Sequence record: PZ445498.1
Source: a phage
Direction: 5' to 3' (one strand)
Length of the DNA: 64,000 bases
The translations under genes and the position numbers were made by a program. Positions 57,984 through 64,000 of this stretch are shown in pieces. Every line of letters starts with the position of its first letter. Within the stretch, counting starts at the first letter, position 1. A model generated the notes under the pieces. The model saw nothing but the letters and a program-made list of their open reading frames with translations, searched no databases and was not told where the DNA came from.

Positions 57984-58253
57984 ATGTCTATTCTTTTATC
58001 TGCTCTAGAAGCAAAACAAAATACTATTGCTAGCATTAAAAAGGAAGTAATTGACCTAGAATCACTTATTGCCGTAGAGATTGACAAAGCTATTAAAGAT
58101 AAAGAATTTAATTGTCACATCCAGGGATTAACTGAATACTCAGAAAACGCTAGAAATAGCGTCATGCAAAAACTTAGCAAACTAGGTTATGTTGTGGAAG
58201 CTAAGTATGAGCAACGTGAAGGTTTTTGGCTTGAAATTGATTGGAGCAAATAA
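57984..58253 (+). CDS. hypothetical protein
   Basis: 89-aa ORF. Confidence 0.4.
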   Translation: MSILLSALEAKQNTIASIKKEVIDLESLIAVEIDKAIKDKEFNCHIQGLTEYSENARNSVMQKLSKLGYVVEAKYEQREGFWLEIDWSK

Positions 58254-58729
58254 TGTCGGTTTTCCACATATATACAGATGGTGCATGTAAAGGCAATCCT
58301 GGTTTAGGTGCGTGGGGATTCGTTGTCTATAATGATAATGATGATCGTATTGGCTCTAAATCTGGCTTCAGCCCTAAAACTACTAATAACGAAATGGAAC
58401 TTACTGCAATTGTAGAAGTTCTTCGTTGGTCTACTAAGAAAGATAATCGTCCAGTAATTATCTACACTGATTCTGCTTACTGCAAAAATGGTATGGAAAG
58501 CTGGATGTGGTCTTGGCAGAAGAAAGGCTGGAAGAAGGGAGATGGTGAAACTCCTCTTAATCTAGAACTCTGGCAAGAAGCATTTAAACTAACTCAACAG
58601 TATATTAACTTCCATGATACCAATCCAACCTTTGTTAAGGTTAAAGGTCACTCAGGTATTCGTGGTAATGAAGAAGTTGATGCTCTATGCAATACTGTAA
58701 TTACTGAGCAAGAACTTGCTGAGATGTAA
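58241..58729 (+). CDS. rnh: ribonuclease H (RNase HI-like)
   Basis: 162 aa; YTDGACKGNPGLGAWGFV and downstream acidic catalytic residues. Confidence 0.8.
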   Translation: MEQIMSVFHIYTDGACKGNPGLGAWGFVVYNDNDDRIGSKSGFSPKTTNNEMELTAIVEVLRWSTKKDNRPVIIYTDSAYCKNGMESWMWSWQKKGWKKGDGETPLNLELWQEAFKLTQQYINFHDTNPTFVKVKGHSGIRGNEEVDALCNTVITEQELAEM

Positions 58730-58749
58730 TAAATAATTTAAAAATTCAC

Positions 58750-58778
58750 TTGCTTAAAGCCCTCGAATTTAGTATAAT
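58750..58778 (+). promoter_or_regulatory. early promoter
   Basis: TTGCTT-N17-TATAAT. Confidence 0.65.
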
Positions 58779-58805
58779 ATTCGTATTGAAAGTGAGGAGG
58801 GCTTT

Positions 58806-59084
58806 ATGCGAATTTACAACTCAAATTCATTAGGATTTAAACCTTTGAGAAAACGCGCACAATCTCCGCGTCAGATCAGAAAGGCAAATATTGGTGAGCC
58901 AGAAACTAGGCTTCCACCACCTCCGGAGCAGCGTCTAGTTTATCTAGATGAAGAATTAGCCGAAAGGGAACGCAAAGCTCAAGAAGAAATTGAGCGCAAG
59001 AAACTGTGTACTGCTCCTGCATATAACAAGGGTGGTTATCAGTACGTTTCCAGTGAGGAACAAGCTAAGATGATCGGCAGATAA
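58806..59084 (+). CDS. hypothetical protein
   Basis: 92-aa ORF with GAGGAGG Shine-Dalgarno. Confidence 0.4.
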   Translation: MRIYNSNSLGFKPLRKRAQSPRQIRKANIGEPETRLPPPPEQRLVYLDEELAERERKAQEEIERKKLCTAPAYNKGGYQYVSSEEQAKMIGR

Positions 59085-59100
59085 TTTTTAAAAAATTCAT

Positions 59101-59129
59101 TTGCTAAACGCTTCAAAATTTCGTATAAT
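59101..59129 (+). promoter_or_regulatory. early promoter
   Basis: TTGCTA-N17-TATAAT followed by ATATCTCATAAATTGATCAACAAAAAGGAAA. Confidence 0.65.
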
Positions 59130-59167
59130 ATATCTCATAAATTGATCAACAAAAAGGAAAACAAATA

Positions 59168-59683
59168 ATGGCTAAGCAGAAAAACGCAAAAACTCAGGCA
59201 GCTCCGGCAGTTAAAACTTTCGCTCAGACCGAAGCCAATCGTAAGGCTCGTCTGGAACGTCATCTGCGTAAGCATCCTACTGATGCTCAGGCTCAGACTG
59301 CCCTGAAGTCTGCGGCTCCGGTTCGCCAGAAGCCGAAGGCCAAGAACTCTACTCGCGCAACTGCTAAGCAGGTTGTGTTCATCAAGGGTGAAGGTCATAA
59401 GTCTGTACCTGTAACTCTGAGCTTTAACGGCGGTGCTGAGATGTTCGCCCGCAACGGTATGGCTCTGAAAGACTACGAAAAAGCAGTCAATCAGAAGCGT
59501 AAGCCAATGGCTGACGTAATGCGTGAATCCCGTGGACAGTTTGGCTCCGTTAAACCGAATATTTTCGGTGTAGAGTATAGCCGTGACAACGTTCGCGCTC
59601 TGTGCTACGGTATCGGTATTAAGTTTACTGGTGCTTCTGATCGTAAATCCGCTAAACCTACTCGTAAGCGTAAAGCGAAGTAA
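59168..59683 (+). CDS. highly basic, highly expressed hypothetical protein
   Basis: 171 aa; Lys/Arg-rich; strongly optimal codon usage. Confidence 0.45.
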   Translation: MAKQKNAKTQAAPAVKTFAQTEANRKARLERHLRKHPTDAQAQTALKSAAPVRQKPKAKNSTRATAKQVVFIKGEGHKSVPVTLSFNGGAEMFARNGMALKDYEKAVNQKRKPMADVMRESRGQFGSVKPNIFGVEYSRDNVRALCYGIGIKFTGASDRKSAKPTRKRKAK

Positions 59684-59744
59684 TGATTGAGGGGGCGAAA
59701 GCCCCATATACTAACTCTTTCTCTGACTAATCAAGGATATTTTT

Positions 59745-59960
59745 ATGTTCTCTAAGAAACCACGTTCCGTTACTGAAATCGTTGCTTCCTTTACCACTAT
59801 TACTGATGAACTTCAAGCTCGTATTGAAGCTGACCAGAAAACTGCTGCTGATATTCAGAAACAGCAGGAAGAACTCGCTCTGAAACTGGCTGAAACCAAT
59901 AAGAGTGAAAAATCTGCTCAAACTATTAAGGAAAATATCCTTAAACTGCTGGGCAAGTAA
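59745..59960 (+). CDS. hypothetical protein
   Basis: 71-aa ORF. Confidence 0.4.
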   Translation: MFSKKPRSVTEIVASFTTITDELQARIEADQKTAADIQKQQEELALKLAETNKSEKSAQTIKENILKLLGK

Positions 59961-60001
59961 TTTAAATCAGGGGGCGAAAGCCCCTCTTATTTGGAGAAAC
60001 T

Positions 60002-60214
60002 ATGCGTAACTTCGTTGCAAAGAATGATTTTAACCGTGCTAGCACTCACAAGTCTGCTAGAGACTACACTCGTCTTTCTAAACATGAGCTTCTAGAAGAG
60101 ATCATGGAAGAAAACTGGGATGTTAACGAAAATGGAACAGACCTGTTTGAAGAAGAGGAACTTCCTCTGAAAGACCCCAAACAGTGGGAGTCTATTAAAG
60201 AGACAGCTCTTTAA
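60002..60214 (+). CDS. hypothetical protein
   Basis: 70-aa ORF with GGAG Shine-Dalgarno. Confidence 0.4.
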   Translation: MRNFVAKNDFNRASTHKSARDYTRLSKHELLEEIMEENWDVNENGTDLFEEEELPLKDPKQWESIKETAL

Positions 60215-60244
60215 TAGTTTTCTACAACAATAAAGGACATAATT

Positions 60245-60946
60245 ATGAAATTCAAGCCCTTTGGTATGCTGGACATTGAATCTCTAGGTACTCCAGGAAA
60301 TTGCGGTACTACTCATATTGCAATGCCTTCTTTCGCTTTTGTAGCTATGCACGGAATTGATAAAGATCCTGATCTGGTATTCGTTACTCTAGACGTTCAA
60401 GATCAGCTTAATGCGGGTGCTAAGGTAACTGCCTCTACTATTGCATTCTGGATGGATCAAGCTAAAAACAGTCCATCTGCGCTCCATATTATGGAGGCTC
60501 TGAACGGTCGCAATCCAAAACTGATTGCCTTCCGTGATGGTAAGCATCACTGCACTAATGATGTAGGCTCCAATTACGCTGCCTTCTCTATGGCTCAGAA
60601 CATTATGGAATTGTCTCTAGGAGATAATGCTCTGTATTACGGCAATGGCCCAGAGTTTGATATGACTATCTACTCTGCAAATACGTTCCATGCCGGAACC
60701 CATGAAGAAATAGTTCCGTGGAAATTCTGGAACTTAGGTAACGTTCGATCTTTCCGTAATCAGTGGATGCAAGCTGGTTATACTTATAAAGATCTAGAAG
60801 CCGAAGGTGCTAGCTGGGCAAAAGCTAAAATGGAAAAGATGGACACCATTCGTTATGGAATCTATCCTGTGAAGCATGATCCAGCATTTGATGCTTTAGT
60901 TGAAAGTTATTGTGTAGCCGTCATGATCGAAAAAATCAAAATTTGA
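60245..60946 (+). CDS. DEDDh-type 3'-5' exonuclease-like protein
   Basis: 233 aa; Exo I motif LDIESLG and Exo III-like H-x4-D (KHDPAFDALV). Confidence 0.45.
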   Translation: MKFKPFGMLDIESLGTPGNCGTTHIAMPSFAFVAMHGIDKDPDLVFVTLDVQDQLNAGAKVTASTIAFWMDQAKNSPSALHIMEALNGRNPKLIAFRDGKHHCTNDVGSNYAAFSMAQNIMELSLGDNALYYGNGPEFDMTIYSANTFHAGTHEEIVPWKFWNLGNVRSFRNQWMQAGYTYKDLEAEGASWAKAKMEKMDTIRYGIYPVKHDPAFDALVESYCVAVMIEKIKI

Positions 60947-60947
60947 T

Positions 60948-60976
60948 TTGCTTTCAGCTCCAAAATTCTGTATAAT
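60948..60976 (+). promoter_or_regulatory. early promoter
   Basis: TTGCTTTCAG...TTCTGTATAAT then ATATTCATAAATTTGAGAGAACAA; matches the architecture I recall for T5 early promoters. Confidence 0.7.
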
Positions 60977-61016
60977 ATATTCATAAATTTGAGAGAACAA
61001 CAAAAGGAAAATAATT

Positions 61017-61199
61017 ATGCCAGTATCTAAAAACGTCCGTAAAAATGGTAAAGTAGCAAAACGTAACCTGGGTCTGCGTCGTATGGCTGAGCGTCAGTCC
61101 GGCATCCAGAAAATCTTTAATGTGCTGAATCGCGCCAACCCGAATATTGATAACAGTTCTGATACTGTTCTGCGCACTCTGCTGGCAATCGGTCTGTAA
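61017..61199 (+). CDS. hypothetical protein
   Basis: 60-aa ORF. Confidence 0.4.
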   Translation: MPVSKNVRKNGKVAKRNLGLRRMAERQSGIQKIFNVLNRANPNIDNSSDTVLRTLLAIGL

Positions 61200-61251
61200 T
61201 AGACTGTTTTTTAAAACAAATTCAAATCTCAAACTTCATATAAGGAAGCAA

Positions 61252-61893
61252 ATGATGACTACTCGTATCTCTAAAACTCGTGCTCTGGCAACTATCAAGT
61301 CTCTGGAATCTAAAATCCGTAAAGCTACTGAACAACAGCTTTTGATTGCTGTTGGTGAAGGTAAAGACAAGAATCAAGTTGTCGTTGGTGCTGCAATCGA
61401 AGTAGATGCTCTGTCTACTCGTATTAAAACTGATTTCCAGTCTCTGCTGGATATGATGACCCAGCGTGATCAGCTGAAAGCAGCGCTGATCAAGAGCAAT
61501 GCTGAAACTGTTGTAGAGATCGGTTCCCGCTCTATGACTGTTGCGGAAGCAATCGAAGCTAAGCGTTCTATGGAACTCAAAGCTCAGTTGCTGGCTAACA
61601 TGCGTAAGCAGTTCCATGCTGCTACTGTTAAGTTTAACACTCAGAAGGCTCAGTTTGATGCCAAGTATGAGCGTTTGCAGGATACCATGGCTACCCGCGA
61701 CAAGAAGACTTCCGAGGATGAAGTTAAGATGCAGCTTAACCTGCTGGAACTCAAGAACACTCCATTCCTGATCGATCCGCTGGAGCTGGAAAAGCTGATC
61801 AAGCAACACGACGAAGAATACCAGGACTTTGCAACCAACGTTGACTTTGTTCTGTCTGAGTCCAACGCCTCTACTTTTATCGAAGTAGAGTAA
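61252..61893 (+). CDS. hypothetical protein (highly expressed)
   Basis: Start at ATG 61252 after AAGGAAG; optimal codon usage. Confidence 0.45.
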   Translation: MMTTRISKTRALATIKSLESKIRKATEQQLLIAVGEGKDKNQVVVGAAIEVDALSTRIKTDFQSLLDMMTQRDQLKAALIKSNAETVVEIGSRSMTVAEAIEAKRSMELKAQLLANMRKQFHAATVKFNTQKAQFDAKYERLQDTMATRDKKTSEDEVKMQLNLLELKNTPFLIDPLELEKLIKQHDEEYQDFATNVDFVLSESNASTFIEVE

Positions 61894-62273
61894 TAATTTA
61901 AAAGACTAGTAAATCGGTAGACGAAAGCCCAAGCATCTTACCTCGCAGCAGCGGTTGAAATACGAGGTTAAATAAGACCGCTGACCATACTATAAAGTAT
62001 AATCTATTGGAGATTATGTTTATTACACCAGCCTCTTAAGCTGAACTGTAAAAACGGTCGTTGGTAGTACCAACACAACTTCAAAGATCAACGCTCAAGT
62101 ATGAAAGCTGAAAAGTTAAAAGCACTCAAACTTCTAACCTTCTAAAGCTAAAAGATGCAAAGTATTCGTTGATGATTCAAACCCTAGATCAAAGGTACAT
62201 GGCTCATAAGATATGGCCTGTGGCGCCTCTAGGCTGTTTATCGGTTTACTAGTCTCTCAATTTAAAAATGTAT

Positions 62274-62302
62274 TTGCTAATTAGTTTAGTTTTCTATATA
62301 AT
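62274..62302 (+). promoter_or_regulatory. early promoter
   Basis: TTGCTA-N17-TATAAT followed by AAATTGATGAGA. Confidence 0.65.
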
Positions 62303-62332
62303 ATATTTTTAAATTGATGAGACGAGGCTATT

Positions 62333-62650
62333 ATGATTTTTCATATTCTAATTGATGATGTTCGTGACCTACATGGGATGGATATTATCATTCGAACCCC
62401 CGAAGCCGCTATTGAGTTTCTGAATACAACCGATACCACCGGACATTTCGTTTATATGGATAACGATCTGGCTGTAGATGGTATGGAAGGTTATCAAATT
62501 CTTCGTTTACTCCTAAAATTTGGTCAGAGACCCAAGAAAGTGGTACTAGTAACCTCGAACCCAGTAGCTAAAGAGACCATGCGTAATGATCTCTTAGACG
62601 AAGGGTATCAAGAAAGCCCTAATCGTATTGAGTACGATTGGCCGGAGTAA
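62333..62650 (+). CDS. CheY-like receiver-domain-like protein (stand-alone)
   Basis: 105 aa; ILIDDV (acidic pocket), VYMDNDLAVDGMEGYQIL (phospho-acceptor-like D followed by GM.G), VVLVTS (conserved Thr/Ser position). Confidence 0.4.
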   Translation: MIFHILIDDVRDLHGMDIIIRTPEAAIEFLNTTDTTGHFVYMDNDLAVDGMEGYQILRLLLKFGQRPKKVVLVTSNPVAKETMRNDLLDEGYQESPNRIEYDWPE

Positions 62651-62655
62651 ATAAA

Positions 62656-63105
62656 ATGAAGGCAGCTTTGCTTTTAATAGCTGCCCTAACCTATAGCTTC
62701 AATAGTCATGCGACCTACGACTCAAAGCAGATTGATTGCATTGCAAAAAATATCTACTTCGAAGCACGAGGTGAGGGCACTAAAGGAATGATCGCAGTTG
62801 CACAGGTTACTAAAAACCGTGTTAACTCTGGTACTTTTCCTGATTCTTACTGTAAAGTAGTATATCAGTCTAACCAGTTCTCTTGGGTGGCCAAGAGACC
62901 AAAAGTTGATAAAACCGATGAGGCTTGGCAAGTTGCTAAGAATTTAGCTAGAGTGATATACTACGTTGATTTACCACAAGATCCAACACATGGAGCGTTA
63001 TACTTCCATAGTGGTAAAGATAAACCGTACTGGACAAAGAAGTTTAAGAAAACAACGAAGATTCAAGGCCATACGTTTTACAAGCCTGTGGTTAAGAAAA
63101 CTTAA
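62656..63105 (+). CDS. SleB-like cell wall hydrolase with N-terminal signal peptide
   Basis: Start at ATG 62656 (MKAALLLIAALTYSFNSHA signal-like); Hydrolase_2 pattern NIYFEARGE...AVAQVTKNR...GALYFHS. Confidence 0.6.
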   Translation: MKAALLLIAALTYSFNSHATYDSKQIDCIAKNIYFEARGEGTKGMIAVAQVTKNRVNSGTFPDSYCKVVYQSNQFSWVAKRPKVDKTDEAWQVAKNLARVIYYVDLPQDPTHGALYFHSGKDKPYWTKKFKKTTKIQGHTFYKPVVKKT

Positions 63106-63113
63106 AAAATTCG

Positions 63114-63142
63114 ATTGCTTAAAGCCTTAAATTTCTGTATAA
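63114..63142 (+). promoter_or_regulatory. early promoter
   Basis: TTGCTT-N17-TATAAT followed by AACTGTATAAATTGATGAGAGG. Confidence 0.65.
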
Positions 63143-63154
63143 TAACTGTATAAA

Positions 63155-63346
63155 TTGATGAGAGGAAAGCGAACAATGAAAACCTTAGTAATTATTGGTG
63201 TTAACACTCACGGTATTCGTACTACGAAAACAGTTAAAACTACTAACGTTGCTGAAATTACTACAAATCCTAAGAAGTTTGATTTCGCCAAAGTCTCAGC
63301 AGTTATGACAGAACAATCTTTTAACCAAGCACTGGGAATTAAATAA
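63155..63346 (+). CDS. hypothetical protein
   Basis: 63-aa ORF. Confidence 0.4.
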   Translation: MMRGKRTMKTLVIIGVNTHGIRTTKTVKTTNVAEITTNPKKFDFAKVSAVMTEQSFNQALGIK

Positions 63347-63789
63347 TGGAAGAGAATATTCTAGATGTTTTGCGTAGGGCTTTGCAGGAATCCAAGTTTA
63401 ATGGTTCTGATAAAGAAGTAGCTAAAAGCTACCAGACCATAATCGGAGATCTTCAGCGTGTTGATAAAGACTTCATTACTTCTGAACAGTTTGTATCTTA
63501 TCTAAAAGCTCAACTGAAAAGCATTAATCAGACGAAAGCTAAACTTCACGGTCAAGACCTTGATAATTATAGCTTGCAGTCTGCTCAGTATGAATATATA
63601 CTGAACAAATGGTTACAGCAGTATCTGCCGCCTCAGTTATCTGATTCTGAGATTCGCAAATACTTTGCAGAATTAGTTAAGTTGAATCCTGGGATTACAA
63701 AAGGTATGCTGATGAAAGCGATTAAGGAAGAGTTTCCTGGTCGTTACGACGGTGGCATTGCTGCTCAGGTTGCTGGCGAATTTAATTAA
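63346..63789 (+). CDS. GatB/YqeY-domain-like protein
   Basis: 147 aa; C-terminal GITKGMLMKAIKEEFPGRYDGGIAAQVAGEF resembles the YqeY-family C-terminal motif. Confidence 0.45.
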   Translation: MEENILDVLRRALQESKFNGSDKEVAKSYQTIIGDLQRVDKDFITSEQFVSYLKAQLKSINQTKAKLHGQDLDNYSLQSAQYEYILNKWLQQYLPPQLSDSEIRKYFAELVKLNPGITKGMLMKAIKEEFPGRYDGGIAAQVAGEFN

Positions 63790-63797
63790 AAATTGAT

Positions 63798-63826
63798 TTG
63801 CTAAACGCCTCAAAATTCTGTATAAT
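63798..63826 (+). promoter_or_regulatory. early promoter followed by at least 170 nt with no ORF
   Basis: TTGCTA-N17-TATAAT followed by AGATTCATAAATTAGAGAACAG; no start codon with Shine-Dalgarno before the window end. Confidence 0.6.
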
Positions 63827-64000
63827 AGATTCATAAATTAGAGAACAGCGAGCCGATTACGCTGAGTGAGTTTAGTGATTCCTACTAGGATAGCTATTCC
63901 ACTGAATAGAGTCGGTGAGTTTAGAATGATCACCTGTTAGAGTTCCGAGTCCAGTCCGGTATATCCGGCCAAGTGACTAGAGTAACGAATATAGGTTCGA

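Noticed and set aside
59684-59715. GGGGGCGAAAGCCCC hairpins as rho-independent terminators
   Set aside because: Stable hairpins but without a contiguous downstream U-tract; downstream genes have Shine-Dalgarno sites but no new promoter, so readthrough is likely.
61894-62332. tRNA genes in the ORF-free region
   Set aside because: No 7-bp acceptor stem combined with a GTTCRANYC T-loop could be folded by eye; needs a dedicated tool, so it is reported only as an unexplained non-coding region.

Overview
This 64 kb window reads as a contiguous segment of a T5-like siphovirus genome (inferred from gene content, order and protein sizes; no database search was possible). Three transcriptional blocks are visible. 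(1) 1-22933, plus strand: the late structural module, running terminase large subunit, HNH endonuclease, portal, Ig-domain decoration protein, prohead protease, major capsid protein, neck and tail-completion proteins, tail tube protein, tape measure protein, distal tail protein, baseplate hub, straight-fiber protein, collar protein and an L-shaped tail fiber with 21-bp tandem repeats and a C-terminal chaperone domain. (2) 22971-49993, minus strand: the early replication module, with dUTPase, flap endonuclease, SbcCD-like nuclease, helicases, family A DNA polymerase, primase, a split NAD-dependent ligase, an origin-binding-like ATPase, a Sir2-like protein and anaerobic ribonucleotide reductase NrdD, driven by many sigma70-type promoters. 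(3) 50346-63789, plus strand: early genes PhoH, NrdA, an HNH endonuclease, NrdB, DHFR, thymidylate synthase, RNase H and small accessory genes, each cluster behind a near-consensus TTGCTT-N17-TATAAT promoter. I did not find a clearly novel multi-gene system. The most notable observations are an apparent frameshift at the start of the tail fiber gene, a zinc-ribbon-less Sir2 homolog in an accessory cluster, an orphan HslV-like peptidase, a stand-alone receiver-domain-like protein, and a roughly 490-nt untranslated promoter-proximal region beside the origin-binding-like gene. No CRISPR array or complete tRNA was found.
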